Source: an uncultured Deinococcales bacterium (GTDB lineage: Bacteria; Deinococcota; Deinococci; Deinococcales; JAAFIG01). From it: 53,311 nucleotides of DNA. The notes under the pieces are model-generated. The model was not told the origin of the DNA and did not search any database. It saw only the letters and a list, made by a program, of their open reading frames with translations. Below are positions 1 to 9,992 of this stretch, in pieces (position 1 is the stretch's first letter; the number at the start of each line of letters is the position of its first letter). The stretch is taken from positions 1 through 53,311 of the forward strand of contig CAXTKV010000007.1 in assembly GCA_964244895.1 (NCBI GenBank), read 5' to 3'. The translations under genes and the position numbers were made by a program.

Positions 1-2
1 GG

Positions 3-506
3 TTCTGGATCATCTCGAACCGCTTCATGAGCCCGTTGGTGCTGGCGCTGCCGTTTTACGTGATCGCCAACGCGCTCGGGATGCTGAACAACGTCTTTAC
101 GCTGGTGGCCATCTATTTGAGTTTCACGATACCGCTGGTGGTCTGGCTGACGATGGATCAGTTCCGCAACATCCCGCGCGAGATCGACGAGGCCGCCGTG
201 GTGGACGGCGCGAGCATGTTCCAGGTGTTTTCCAGGATCGTGCTGCCGTTGGCCATGCCGGGCGTGATCGTCGGCGCGATTTTAAGTTTCATTTTTTCCT
301 GGAACGAGATGCTGTTCGCCCTGATCCTGACGCGCTCCGAGGCGCGCACCGCGCCCGTGGCAGCCACCAGTTTCATGAGCGGTTACGACCTGCCGTGGGG
401 CGTGATCATGGCGACCGGCACGATCATCGTGGTGCCGGTGATCGTGTTCGCGATGCTCGTATCGAGGCATCTGGTGCGCGGTTTGACGCTCGGCGCGGTC
501 AAATAA
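3..506 (+). CDS. Carbohydrate ABC transporter permease (MalG-like), 5'-truncated by the window edge
   Basis: EAA loop ([15 protein letters not shown]), [11 protein letters not shown] motif, hydrophobic helices; frame open back to the window start. Confidence 0.92.
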   Translation, partial: FWIISNRFMSPLVLALPFYVIANALGMLNNVFTLVAIYLSFTIPLVVWLTMDQFRNIPREIDEAAVVDGASMFQVFSRIVLPLAMPGVIVGAILSFIFSWNEMLFALILTRSEARTAPVAATSFMSGYDLPWGVIMATGTIIVVPVIVFAMLVSRHLVRGLTLGAVK

Positions 507-560
507 GACCGTCCGGGACGCTGTTTTTGAATCTCGAGCAACGTCGTCCTGGACGGTCTT
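505..560. repeat. Dispersed palindrome family A copy
   Basis: AAGACCGTCCGGGACG...CGTCCTGGACGGTCTT. Confidence 0.9.
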
Positions 561-595
561 CCAAGTCGCTTGTCCTCAAGGAGCGGAGGCGTTCG

Positions 596-1480
596 ATGAA
601 TCCACTCGGCATCAACTTGAGTTTCACCGTCAAACGCTGGGTGGAGCCCGAAGTCTGGACTTCGCTCGTCTCGAGCATGGGCTTGGAGTTGGCGCAGTTC
701 TCTTTTGATCTGATCGACCCGCTCTGGCCGTCGGGCTTGCGCACGCCGCTGGCGAGGGCGCACCGAAGCGCGGCCCGAGAATGCGGCATCGCGATCCACA
801 GCGCTTTCGTGGGGCTGGCGTGTTACACCTACAACAACCTGCTGCATCCCCTGCCCGAAGGGCGCGAGGCGGCCAAACTGTGGTGGCGCGGGGCCATCGA
901 GACCGCCGTGGAATTGGGCACGGAACGCGTCGGCGGGCCGCTCGGCGGAATGAGCGTGCGCGACGCGAACGATCCGGCGCGGCGCAAGGAACGGCTCGAG
1001 ACGCTGCACCTCGACCTGCGCGAACTGCTCGATTACGCGCGAGCAATGGGCCTGACGGAGTTCCTGATCGAACCCGTGCCCCTGACGCGCGAGACGCCGT
1101 GGACGACCGATCAGGCGCAGGATTTGGTGGCGCGGCTCTCGAGCCCCGCGTTGCCCGTGCGTCTGTGCGTGGACATCGGGCACGCGCTCTACACGCCCCT
1201 GTACGGCCACGGCGCGAGCCTCGAGCCGTGGCTGGCGTTGGGCGATGCGCTCGGCCTGCTGCACCTGCAACAGACGGATGGCCTCTCGGACTCGCACTGG
1301 GGTCTGGACGACCCTCGCGGCATCGTTCGCCTAGAGGGCGTGCGCCGAGCGCTCGAGGCGGCGCATCGCGCGACCACGCCCGTGATCCTGGAAGTCTTCT
1401 ACCCCTTCGAGGCGAGCGACGATATCGTGATCGAGGACGTGCGCTCGAGCATCGCGCAGATGCGCCAAAGCTGGTCGTGA
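596..1480 (+). CDS. Sugar phosphate isomerase/epimerase, TIM barrel (EryC-like)
   Basis: ATG 596 after AAGGAG/GGAGG; metal motifs FLIEP, VDIGH, HLQQTDG..H, ILE; follows a sugar ABC permease. Confidence 0.8.
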   Translation: MNPLGINLSFTVKRWVEPEVWTSLVSSMGLELAQFSFDLIDPLWPSGLRTPLARAHRSAARECGIAIHSAFVGLACYTYNNLLHPLPEGREAAKLWWRGAIETAVELGTERVGGPLGGMSVRDANDPARRKERLETLHLDLRELLDYARAMGLTEFLIEPVPLTRETPWTTDQAQDLVARLSSPALPVRLCVDIGHALYTPLYGHGASLEPWLALGDALGLLHLQQTDGLSDSHWGLDDPRGIVRLEGVRRALEAAHRATTPVILEVFYPFEASDDIVIEDVRSSIAQMRQSWS

Positions 1481-1491
1481 GACGCAAAAAT

Positions 1492-1533
1492 CACCGTCCA
1501 GCACGCGTTGTTGAAAACGCGTGCTGGACGGTG
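1492..1533. repeat. Dispersed palindrome family A copy
   Basis: CACCGTCCAGCACGCGTT-N6-AACGCGTGCTGGACGGTG. Confidence 0.95.
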
Positions 1534-1541
1534 CCCCGAGT

Positions 1542-2036
1542 TCAGCGCGGCCTGGTGATGCGTTCGATCACCAGATCGGTGATGTCGGTGTCCTCGTCGG
1601 CGTACACGACCAGCGCCGACTGCTGGGCGACGCCGCGATCCATCACGACGCTGATGTTGGCCGCGCGCGCCGTCTCCTTGATGGCGTTGTCGATGTCCTT
1701 CGTGATCGGCTCGAGCGCAGCGTTGATGCGCGATTGCCAGCGTTGCGTGGTCGCCTGGTAGGTTCGGGTCAGGACATCGAGCTGCGCGCGCTCGTTGGCG
1801 CTCGCGCCGCCCGCGTTGACCCTGGCGCGCAACGGCGAGATCTGATCCTGAATCGGTTGCAATTCGGCGTTGGCGGCGTCCCGCAACTGCCTGATGTCCC
1901 CGCCCTTCGGGTGCGCGTCCAGCACGCGCTGCGCGGTCACGAAAGCGACGCGTTTAAACCCGTCGGTCTGTGCGATCGGGGCTGAAAGCGCCCCGATCAG
2001 GGCGATGGCCAGGATGGCGGTCAGGATTTTGTTCAC
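1542..2036 (-). CDS. OmpH/Skp family periplasmic chaperone
   Basis: Signal peptide, [10 protein letters not shown], coiled coil, C-terminal [23 protein letters not shown] before GTG. Confidence 0.88.
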   Translation of the reverse strand: MNKILTAILAIALIGALSAPIAQTDGFKRVAFVTAQRVLDAHPKGGDIRQLRDAANAELQPIQDQISPLRARVNAGGASANERAQLDVLTRTYQATTQRWQSRINAALEPITKDIDNAIKETARAANISVVMDRGVAQQSALVVYADEDTDITDLVIERITRPR

Positions 2037-2254
2037 GGTGTCCCTCCTCGGGGCTCAGCCTATCTCCTTGGCGAAGGTCGGGTTCAAGTCTCGTCCCTAG
2101 AGGCTCGGCGGCTTGGACGCTTCGAGAAAAGCCCGAGTCGCGAAGTTCCCAGCTCGAGAACCGCGATTGGCTCGAGCTTGAGCGCGAGGGCCGAATACGT
2201 CTCGGGCTCAGCGGATGCCTTCGGTCGTTCTCGGAATCGCGGTATTCTCCACAC

Positions 2255-2896
2255 GTGCCATCAGAACCCTTTTTTCCCAGCGGTCACATCGAGGTGATCG
2301 TCGGGCCGATGTTTTCCGGCAAGTCCGAGGAACTGATCCGCCGCGTCACGCGCGCGCTGATCGCGCGGCAACGCGTGCAGGTTTTCAAGCCCGCGATCGA
2401 CGACCGCTATCACGTCACGCACGTCGCCTCGCACGCGGGACGCACGGCGGAAGCCCGCGCCGTGGCGGGCACGACCGAGGTGCGCGAGCGCCTGGGGCTG
2501 GCGCCGGAGCCCGCGCTGTTCGGCGCGACCGCACCGCCCGCCCTCGAGACGCCGCTGCCGGACATGGTCGCCTTCGACGAGGCGCAATTCTTCGACGACG
2601 GCCTGATGCCGCTCGCGCTCGAATTGGCTGGTGCGGGCGTGCGCGTGATCTGCGCGGGCTTGGATCTGGATTTTCGCGGCGAACCCTTCGGGCCAATTCC
2701 CGAACTGCTGGCTCGCGCGGAGCACGTCGAGAAACTGACCGCCGTGTGCGTCGTGTGCGGCGCTCCGGCCACGCGCACGCAGCGTCTGGTCAACGGTGTG
2801 CCCGCGCGCTTCGACGACCCGGTGATCCTGGTCGGCGCCTCCGAATCCTACGAGCCGCGCTGCCGGGCGCACCACGAAGTCCCGAGAAGGCGCTGA
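2255..2896 (+). CDS. tdk: Thymidine kinase
   Basis: [12 protein letters not shown]-loop, FDEAQF, CVVCG and YEPRCRAHH Zn site; TATTCT 6 nt upstream of GTG 2255. Confidence 0.95.
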   Translation: MPSEPFFPSGHIEVIVGPMFSGKSEELIRRVTRALIARQRVQVFKPAIDDRYHVTHVASHAGRTAEARAVAGTTEVRERLGLAPEPALFGATAPPALETPLPDMVAFDEAQFFDDGLMPLALELAGAGVRVICAGLDLDFRGEPFGPIPELLARAEHVEKLTAVCVVCGAPATRTQRLVNGVPARFDDPVILVGASESYEPRCRAHHEVPRRR

Positions 2897-2904
2897 AGCT
2901 CAGA

Positions 2905-2949
2905 AACACCGTCCGGCACGCGAATTAAATATGCGTCCCAGACGGTGTT
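2905..2949. repeat. Dispersed palindrome family A copy
   Basis: AACACCGTCCGGCACGC...GCGTCCCAGACGGTGTT. Confidence 0.9.
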
Positions 2950-3030
2950 CCCGCCGTTGGCTCGAGCGGGCGATTCCGAATCTCGAGTAGACATCCTACA
3001 AACGTCATTCACGAGAACGGATTCACCCGA

Positions 3031-3094
3031 GGGCAACCGCGAAGGTTGCCCCTACGCAACACGGTTTTGTAAAGGTAGGGCTTGTCCCTACCCT
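3031..3094. repeat. GTAG-type REP-like doublet (degenerate)
   Basis: GGGCAACCGCGAAGGTTGCCCCTAC, then spacer, then GTAAAGGTAGGGCTTGTCCCTACCCT. Confidence 0.6.
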
Positions 3095-3150
3095 TCGCTC
3101 GATACGTTTCCGACCACTTCGCAGGCGCTCGGGTCTCCCCTGCTGGGGCC

Positions 3151-3185
3151 AAAAAACCCCCGCCTGGAGACTCAGGGCGGGGGTT
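3151..3185 (-). terminator. Rho-independent terminator of bamA
   Basis: AACCCCCGCC...GGCGGGGGTT stem with T6 on the minus strand, just after the stop. Confidence 0.85.
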
Positions 3186-3197
3186 GATGAGCGGAAT

Positions 3198-5870
3198 TTA
3201 GAATCTGAAGCCGAAGGTGAAGTGGAACTTCCCGCCCGGATTCCACGGGCTGAAGGCGTAGAACAACCCGATCGGCGGCAGTTGCAGGCCACCGAAACCC
3301 AGGTTGATCTGCACGCCCAGGCCGACGCTCCACTGCAGACCCTCGGGAATCGAGGCGATGACCGCACCGGTCGAATCGGTGCGGGTGGCCCGCGTACCGT
3401 TGCCCCAGGCGTTGCCAAAATCGAAGAACAGCACACCCAGCGCGCCGTAGGTGAACGAGGTCTTGAGGCCGAAATCGTAACGGAGCTCCAACGAACCCGA
3501 GTAAAAAACGTTCCCCGTCAGGTCGCCGTAGCTGTAACCGCGCAGCGCGAAATCCTCGTTGCCGGTCGGCACGTCGCCGAGCTTGAACTGGGAGTTGGTG
3601 GGCGGCGCACCGAAGATCACGCCGGTGCTGAAGCGCCCGGCGAGCGCGAAGTTGCGGTCTTCACCGAGGCCAAAATCGCCGTTCTGATCGAAGCCGAAGC
3701 CCAGGTAAGAGCGCACGCCGACCGTGAATCGCGTCCAGGAAAGCGGCAAATTGGCCTGCGATCCGAAGCCGTAGCCGATGGCGCTCGAGAGCACCACGCC
3801 GGAAGTCGGGAAATCCTGACGGTTGCGGGTGCTGTACGTACCGCTCAGTTGAATGAACGAGGTCAAGCTGTCGGCGGGGATCACCGCGCGGGCGGCCTGC
3901 TGCTCGGCGTCGGTGTACTCGAAGCCGCTTTTGGTCTCGAGCGCGTTCGTCTCGTAAGTCAGGTTGTAGCTCAGGCTGACCGAGAAGTTCTGACCGATCG
4001 GGCGGCTCAGGCTGAGCCCAAATCCGGTGTCCCGGATGGTGTAACGGCGCGGTTCGGTCGCCTCGTTGCCGGTCGTGCTGGGTTTATCGATGGCCGCCGC
4101 GTAGCCGGAGAGCAGGTTGCCCGCGCTGGCGATGCTGGTGCTGACGGAAAACGTGGCCGAAGTCTGGGTCGTCTTGAAATCCAGGAAGTCGATGTACAAC
4201 CACGGGATCGAGTACGATGCACCGCCAGAAAAAACCTGACCCGCATCGTTCGGGCTTGCCTGGAGTTGCACCTTGACGATGTGGTTCAGGCCCCACAGGT
4301 TCGATTCGCTGTAGGTCAACGAACCCTCGAAACCCGTCAGGCTGTTGTAGCCGATGCTGGGCAGGAAGGAACCCGTCTGGCCTTCCTCGAGCTCGAAGAT
4401 CAGGATCACTTCCTCGGGCTTATCGGCGTTCGGCACGCGCCCGTTCAGTCGCAGGTCGCGCAGCAAGCCGAGCTGCTGGATGCGCCCGAAGGCTTTTTGC
4501 AAATCGGGACGGTAGAACAACCCGCCTGCGGCTGGGAATTCGCGGGTGATCACGTCGTCCTGGGTGCGGTGGTCGCCGCGCCACTGGATCTCGTAGCCCA
4601 CGACCTTCTCCTCGAGCAATTCGATGTTGTAGACGCCGTCCTGGTAGCTGACGCGCGGCTGCGCGACGATCAAATAACCCGCAGCATCGTAGGCGGCAGC
4701 GATGGCTGGGTAATCGATCTCGGTCGCGATCTGGGCGTTGTAGGTATCGCCGACCTTCTGGCGCAAGAGTTTGGTCAGTTGTTCACTGGAGAGCACCGTG
4801 TTGCCGGTGAATTTGATTTCCTTGATCGGGCCGGTCGGGGCGTCCCCGAAGACGATGGTCACGGCCACCGATTCCTTGGAAACCTGCTCGACCTTCAACT
4901 GGATCTGCTTGTCGCGGTTCTTGGCGAGGGATTGCAGGTCGTTCAGCAGTTTGTCGTAGTTGAAATAATCCCCGACCTTGACCGACAACTGCCCCGGATC
5001 GAGCCCGAGCGCGGTGGCGTCGATCGCCACGACCTTGAGTTCCGTGACGTTGACGGTCAGCTTGCCATCCACCAGTTCGGTCGTGTCGGTATTGACGCCC
5101 GAGCCGCGATAACCGATCTTCTGGTAGGCCGCACCGACTCCGTTTAGGGCGGTCACGTAGGCTTGCGCATCGAAGACGCCCTTCTGCACCAAAGGCGCGA
5201 AGACGGCTTCGATGTCCTTGGTCGGCACCAGGGTCGCGCCCACGACCTCTACGGACTTGATGGCGGCGGATTCGTCCACCGCGTAGGTGATCTTGACCGT
5301 GCCGTCCGGGTTGGGCGTCTGCTCGAGCGTGACCTTGGGCGTGAACGGCAGCAATTGCCGGTAGCCCTGGGCTAACCCGGTGCGCCCATCCTCGAGTTTG
5401 GTGTTGTTGACGATGGTTCCGGCGGCCACGTTGAACTGCTGATCCAGAAACGTCACCAGGCGGTCGCTCGGGAAGAGGTTGTTGCCCCTGAAAGCGACCT
5501 CCGCGATGCGCGGGTTGAGTTCCACGCCGATCACGACCTGTTTTTTACCGTCCAGCTGGCGAACGGTGACGGTCACGGACTTGAAGTACCCGAGTTCCAG
5601 CACCTGCTGTTTGATCTCGTCGGGTTTGACGCCCTCGATCGGATCACCGACGGAAACGTTGACGGAGACCTTGATCAAACCCTGCAGCTCGAGCGCGCTG
5701 TCCGCACCCTGCACGATGATCTCGTCGATCGGCCCGGTCACGTTCGGGGCTGGAGCGGGTTGAGTGGTAGCGGGCGGTGTCGGGGCGGGTGGAGCCGTCT
5801 GCGCGCGGACTGACCAGAAACTGGCAACCGCAAAAATCACGATGAGCGAGGGGCCGAAGCGTTTGAACAT
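3198..5870 (-). CDS. bamA: Outer membrane protein assembly factor BamA/Omp85
   Basis: Signal peptide, several POTRA repeats (FRGNN, FTGNT), barrel with LRGY motif, C-terminal FTFGFRF. Confidence 0.92.
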   Translation of the reverse strand: MFKRFGPSLIVIFAVASFWSVRAQTAPPAPTPPATTQPAPAPNVTGPIDEIIVQGADSALELQGLIKVSVNVSVGDPIEGVKPDEIKQQVLELGYFKSVTVTVRQLDGKKQVVIGVELNPRIAEVAFRGNNLFPSDRLVTFLDQQFNVAAGTIVNNTKLEDGRTGLAQGYRQLLPFTPKVTLEQTPNPDGTVKITYAVDESAAIKSVEVVGATLVPTKDIEAVFAPLVQKGVFDAQAYVTALNGVGAAYQKIGYRGSGVNTDTTELVDGKLTVNVTELKVVAIDATALGLDPGQLSVKVGDYFNYDKLLNDLQSLAKNRDKQIQLKVEQVSKESVAVTIVFGDAPTGPIKEIKFTGNTVLSSEQLTKLLRQKVGDTYNAQIATEIDYPAIAAAYDAAGYLIVAQPRVSYQDGVYNIELLEEKVVGYEIQWRGDHRTQDDVITREFPAAGGLFYRPDLQKAFGRIQQLGLLRDLRLNGRVPNADKPEEVILIFELEEGQTGSFLPSIGYNSLTGFEGSLTYSESNLWGLNHIVKVQLQASPNDAGQVFSGGASYSIPWLYIDFLDFKTTQTSATFSVSTSIASAGNLLSGYAAAIDKPSTTGNEATEPRRYTIRDTGFGLSLSRPIGQNFSVSLSYNLTYETNALETKSGFEYTDAEQQAARAVIPADSLTSFIQLSGTYSTRNRQDFPTSGVVLSSAIGYGFGSQANLPLSWTRFTVGVRSYLGFGFDQNGDFGLGEDRNFALAGRFSTGVIFGAPPTNSQFKLGDVPTGNEDFALRGYSYGDLTGNVFYSGSLELRYDFGLKTSFTYGALGVLFFDFGNAWGNGTRATRTDSTGAVIASIPEGLQWSVGLGVQINLGFGGLQLPPIGLFYAFSPWNPGGKFHFTFGFRF

Positions 5871-6077
5871 TCAATCCTCCACGAGGCAGTGTTCACGTCC
5901 CCGCGATTTGGGCTGTGAAGCACGAGTGAGAACGATGGTAGATGCTCGAGCGCAAAACCGAGGGGCGTTTCGCAGCGGGCGCATCTTCGAGCGGGTTCTG
6001 GGGGTCAGATGGTAGACCAGAACCGGTTCGACAGCGGATCATACACGAAGCTGAAATTGGGCAGATTCGGTCAGCAC

Positions 6078-6124
6078 CGTCCCAGACGGCGTTCTTTGGT
6101 CGCTTTCCGACACCGTCTGGGACG
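6078..6124. repeat. Dispersed palindrome family A copy, arms in swapped order
   Basis: CGTCCCAGACGGCGT...ACACCGTCTGGGACG. Confidence 0.8.
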
Positions 6125-6223
6125 CGAGAATCCGCAATCGAGATGCCCCACGCTCGATGAACTTCGGGCCAAACCGGCTCGAGGCTTGCGGCGAAAACCG
6201 GAGCGCGGGGTACGATGGCACCG

Positions 6224-7060
6224 ATGCCAACTGGGGAAAACAGCACTTCGCGCGTGCAACAAAGCGCAGACGCCATCCGCGCGTTCGGTTCGCTCGAGCC
6301 AGAGATCGCCATCATCCTGGGTTCCGGTCTGGGGCCGCTGGCGGACGAGCTCGAGAACCCGACCGCGATCTCGTTCGCCGATTTGCCGGGCTTTCCCGTC
6401 TCGACCGCGCCCGGTCACGCGGGCCGGGTCGTGCTGGGCACGCTCGAGGGCAAGCGCGCGATCGCCTTTCAGGGTCGCGTCCACGTCTACGAGGGCTACA
6501 GCGCCCAGGAAGTCGCGATTCCCGTGCGGCTGGCGCACGCGCTGGGCGCGAGGACGCTTCTGGTGACCAACGCCTGCGGCGGGCTGAACCCCGCCTGGCG
6601 AGCGGGCGATCTGATGCTTCAGACGGACTTCATCAATTTCACCGGCATGAACCCGTTGATCGGCCCGAACGACGACGCGCTGGGCCAGCGTTTCGTGGCG
6701 ATGATGGACGCCTACGACCCTGAATACCTGACGGTCGCGCGCAAGGCCGCTCGCGCCCTCGATCTCGAGTTGCGCGAGGGCACGTACCTGGCCTTCACCG
6801 GCCCGACCTACGCGCCGCGCGCCGAATTGCGGATGTTCCGCGCCTGGGGTGCGGACGCGGTCGGCATGAGCACGGTGCTCGAAGTGATCGCGGCGCGGCA
6901 CGCCGGAATGCGCGTGCTGGGCGTTTCCAGCGTCACCGACATGGCCGTGGCCGACCGCGAGGATCACTCGGGCACGACCGAGCAGGCCGTGATCGAGCAG
7001 GCTGCGCGCACCGGGCCGCGCTTTCGTGCGCTGGTGCGCGGCATCCTGAAAGCGCTTTAG
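6224..7060 (+). CDS. Purine nucleoside phosphorylase (trimeric PNP/XapA family)
   Basis: IILGSGLG, GHAG, GRVHVYEG, TNACGGLN, DAVGMSTVLE; TACGAT 7 nt upstream of ATG 6224. Confidence 0.93.
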   Translation: MPTGENSTSRVQQSADAIRAFGSLEPEIAIILGSGLGPLADELENPTAISFADLPGFPVSTAPGHAGRVVLGTLEGKRAIAFQGRVHVYEGYSAQEVAIPVRLAHALGARTLLVTNACGGLNPAWRAGDLMLQTDFINFTGMNPLIGPNDDALGQRFVAMMDAYDPEYLTVARKAARALDLELREGTYLAFTGPTYAPRAELRMFRAWGADAVGMSTVLEVIAARHAGMRVLGVSSVTDMAVADREDHSGTTEQAVIEQAARTGPRFRALVRGILKAL

Positions 7061-7091
7061 ATGACTCGGCGTGTTCCTCGACAACTCGCGA

Positions 7092-7130
7092 CCAGGACGA
7101 ATCTCGAGAATACTGTCCCAGACGGTGTTC
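7092..7130. repeat. Dispersed palindrome family A, partial copy
   Basis: CCAGGACG...GTCCCAGACGGTGTTC. Confidence 0.7.
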
Positions 7131-7143
7131 TTAACGCACAAAT

Positions 7144-7812
7144 ATGATTTCCGAGGTTCTCGAAACGATCCGAGCCACCTGCGAGCGCGCCGGACGCGAC
7201 CCCGGCAGCGTCAAATTGATCGCGGTCACGAAATCGCACGGTATCGAAGAAATTCGAATCAACCTGATCGCGCACGGCCACGAGCTGCTGGGCGAGAACC
7301 GCGTCCAGGAAGCCCTGCCGAAGATCGAGGCGATCCCGGAAGCCGAATGGCACCTGATCGGGCACCTCCAGACGAACAAGGTCAAGTTCTGCCAGGATTT
7401 CAAGCTGATTCACTCGCTGGACAGCGAAAAACTGGCCGTCGAAATCGCTAGGCGAAGTGAGGGCTGGGGTCGCGCGCCGGATGTGCTCTTGGAAATCAAC
7501 GCGGGTCGAGAACCGCAAAAGCACGGTGCCCTCCCGGAGGACGCGAAGGCGCTCCTGAACGCCACCCGTGCGGCTGGCCTGGCGGTGCGCGGCCTGATGA
7601 CGGTCGCGCCTGCGGGTGACCTGGCGCTCGCGCGGAAAACCTTCCTGGAATTGCGCGAATTGCGTGATAGCCTGGGTCTCGTGGAATTATCGATGGGCAT
7701 GAGCGAGGATTACCCCATGGCGATTCTCGAGGGTGCGACCATGGTTCGCATCGGTCGCGCGATCTTTGCACCCCATCAGGACACCGAAATTCGTAGCGGA
7801 GCGAACCCATGA
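7144..7812 (+). CDS. yggS: YggS/PLPBP pyridoxal phosphate homeostasis protein
   Basis: LIAVTK, GENRVQE, WHLIGHLQTNKVK, LSMGMSEDY, MVRIGRAIF. Confidence 0.96.
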   Translation: MISEVLETIRATCERAGRDPGSVKLIAVTKSHGIEEIRINLIAHGHELLGENRVQEALPKIEAIPEAEWHLIGHLQTNKVKFCQDFKLIHSLDSEKLAVEIARRSEGWGRAPDVLLEINAGREPQKHGALPEDAKALLNATRAAGLAVRGLMTVAPAGDLALARKTFLELRELRDSLGLVELSMGMSEDYPMAILEGATMVRIGRAIFAPHQDTEIRSGANP

Positions 7813-8267
7813 AATTCACGCCACTGGACATTCGCCATCAGGAATTCTCGAGCGGCCTGAGCGGGTACAACAAGAAGGACGTGCGCGAATTCCTCTCGCA
7901 GGTCGCCGAAGACTTCGAGGAATACGAGCGCCAGCAGCGCCAGCTTCAGGAAAAAGTCGCGCAGCTCGAGGAAAAAGTCAACGAGCTGCGCCAGGGCGAG
8001 GAAACCCTGCGCCGCGCCGTGGTCAGCGCCGAGAAGATCGGCAACGAGATGCGCTCCAACGCCGAACGCGAATCGCAACTGATGATCAAGGAAGCCGAGG
8101 CCGCCAAGGAAAAACTCCTGCGCGAAGCCCTCCAGAAAGCCCGCGACGTGCGACTGGACATCGAACGCGCGCGCGGCGAGAAAGCCATGTTCTTCAGCCA
8201 GTTCCGCGCCCTGCTGAACACGTACCTCGAGAGCGTCGAACGCTACGAGGACAAGACGACCGGCTGA
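7809..8267 (+). CDS. divIVA: DivIVA domain coiled-coil protein
   Basis: TPLDIRHQEF..GY...DV..FL N-terminus plus long coiled coil; overlaps the yggS stop. Confidence 0.9.
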   Translation: MKFTPLDIRHQEFSSGLSGYNKKDVREFLSQVAEDFEEYERQQRQLQEKVAQLEEKVNELRQGEETLRRAVVSAEKIGNEMRSNAERESQLMIKEAEAAKEKLLREALQKARDVRLDIERARGEKAMFFSQFRALLNTYLESVERYEDKTTG

Positions 8268-8288
8268 ACGCCAGGTCGAATGCTCGAG

Positions 8289-8567
8289 ATGCGCGTCTTT
8301 GTCTGGGTTCAACCCGGCGCGAAAACCACCGAATCCGCCGGAATGCGCGGCGATGAGCCCAAGATTCGCATCGCTGCCAGACCCGAGGGTGTCGAGGCGA
8401 ACGCCCTGCTGTGCGCGTTCTTGACCGAAACGCTCGGCGTTCCGAAGCGCGATGCGCAGGTCGTGTCCGTTCAGACCTCCAGATGCAAATTGCTCGAGAT
8501 TCCGGACGAGGCCAGAGAACGCTTTCTGGCGCTGTTCGACTCAACACCGTCTGGCACGCATATTTAA
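8289..8567 (+). CDS. DUF167/YggU family protein (divergent)
   Basis: VWVQPGAK, ANALL..FL...LGVPK, TSRCK; C-terminus encoded by a repeat copy. Confidence 0.75.
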   Translation: MRVFVWVQPGAKTTESAGMRGDEPKIRIAARPEGVEANALLCAFLTETLGVPKRDAQVVSVQTSRCKLLEIPDEARERFLALFDSTPSGTHI

Positions 8568-8588
8568 GAACGCGTGCCAGGCGGTGTT
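8543..8588. repeat. Dispersed palindrome family A copy overlapping the DUF167 3' end
   Basis: AACACCGTCTGGCACGC...GCGTGCCAGGCGGTGTT. Confidence 0.9.
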
Positions 8589-8699
8589 TGCGCCCCGAAT
8601 CACCTCAAGATCGGCGCGCAGCAGCCCAATCGCGCTCGAGAAACGAGAATCAGGCGTGACCCAGGCGTTAGACTCCTGCACACACCACAGGAGGACCGC

Positions 8700-9515
8700 A
8701 TGGACGAGTACCGCATCCGACCCGGCAAGCGACTCAAGCTCAAACGTTTCGACCCGGAAGACACGGGCAAATACAACCTGGAAACGGACAAGGCCAAAGT
8801 CGAAGCGAAAACCGCCAAAAACCTCGCGCGGATCGCGACGGAACAAGAAAAACTCTTCGCGGGCGCATCGCAGGCCCTGTTGATCGTGGTTCAGGCGATG
8901 GACGGCGCGGGCAAGGACAGCCTGATCAAACACGTCATGGGCAGCGTCCTACCGCAAGGCGTGCAAAACACGTACTTCAAGGCTCCGTCCACGCTGGAAA
9001 AATCCCACGATTATCTGTGGCGCATCCATCAAGCGTGCCCACCCAAGGGGTTGATCGGCATCTTCAACCGATCCCACTACGAGGACGTGCTGATCACCCG
9101 CGTTCACGGCTGGATCGACGCCAAAACCGCTAAAAAACGCTTTGCACAGATCCGCGATTTCGAGCAGATGCTGACCGACAACGGCACGAAAATACTGAAG
9201 TTCTACCTGAACGTCTCCAAGGAAGAGCAGCGTCTGCAGCTTCAAGAGCGCGTGGACGACCCGACCAAACGCTGGAAGTTCAACCCCGGCGACCTGGAAG
9301 AACGCAAGCTCTGGGAGGACTACATGCACATGTACGAGGATGCCATCAGCGAGACCAGCACGGAAGCCGCGCCGTGGTACGTCGTGCCCAGCAACAAGCG
9401 TTGGTTTCGGAACCTGGTGATCTCCACCGCGATTGCCGACGCGATGAAAGCGATGAAACTCGAGTACCCGACGCCAGCCGGGACGACGGATTGGGCCACG
9501 CTCAAGATCGAGTAA
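8700..9515 (+). CDS. Polyphosphate kinase 2 family protein (class III-like)
   Basis: QAMDGAGKD, FKAPS, IFNRSHYEDV, KRWKFNPGD, APWYVVP; GGAGG RBS. Confidence 0.93.
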   Translation: MDEYRIRPGKRLKLKRFDPEDTGKYNLETDKAKVEAKTAKNLARIATEQEKLFAGASQALLIVVQAMDGAGKDSLIKHVMGSVLPQGVQNTYFKAPSTLEKSHDYLWRIHQACPPKGLIGIFNRSHYEDVLITRVHGWIDAKTAKKRFAQIRDFEQMLTDNGTKILKFYLNVSKEEQRLQLQERVDDPTKRWKFNPGDLEERKLWEDYMHMYEDAISETSTEAAPWYVVPSNKRWFRNLVISTAIADAMKAMKLEYPTPAGTTDWATLKIE

Positions 9516-9560
9516 AGACCGTCCAGGACGCGAATTCGAGAATGCGTCGTGGACAGTGTT
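9515..9560. repeat. Dispersed palindrome family A copy
   Basis: AAGACCGTCCAGGACGC...GCGTCGTGGACAGTGTT. Confidence 0.85.
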
Positions 9561-9567
9561 CTCGAGT

Positions 9568-9966
9568 TCAGGCTCTGGAATCTATCTCGTCGGCGAGGGT
9601 CAAATCGCACTCGCGCAAGGCGGTTTCGAGATCGTCGTGGCGCGCGTACTCGGTCACGAGTCCGTCCTGAACGAGAAACCGCGAGGCGACATCCGCCTCG
9701 CCGATCAGCTCGCCGGAATCCACGGAGCGCCAGACGGCGTGCTGTTCGACTACGACGACATTCTCGCGGGCGAAGGTGCGCTTCGGCTCGAAGCTCAGTC
9801 CCGCGCGTTCGAGCCAATCCCGGAGAATCCCGTGTCCAGTCGCGGGACCGCGCGGCCCCACGATCACGATGCCCGGACTCGAGTGTTCGAGCAGCCGGTC
9901 AACGTCCCGACGATTCACCGCTTCCTGCCAGCCCTGCACGATCTCGAGCGGGTCTTTCGCGTTCAC
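9568..9966 (-). CDS. SnoaL-like/NTF2 family protein
   Basis: IVQGWQEAVNRRDVD, GPRG...G, VASRFLVQDGLV pattern. Confidence 0.75.
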   Translation of the reverse strand: MNAKDPLEIVQGWQEAVNRRDVDRLLEHSSPGIVIVGPRGPATGHGILRDWLERAGLSFEPKRTFARENVVVVEQHAVWRSVDSGELIGEADVASRFLVQDGLVTEYARHDDLETALRECDLTLADEIDSRA

Positions 9967-9992
9967 GTCGCCACCTTCGTCACCTCGCGGGT

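Noticed and set aside
395..595. N-terminal extensions in the ORF track (also 1970, 8574, 20543, 45899, 52045)
   Set aside because: They overlap neighbouring genes, promoters or repeats; RBS or -10 signals point to later starts
2480..2560. Pro/Ala-rich insertion in thymidine kinase as an intein or repeat
   Set aside because: Short low-complexity loop with no splicing motifs and no match to the repeat families
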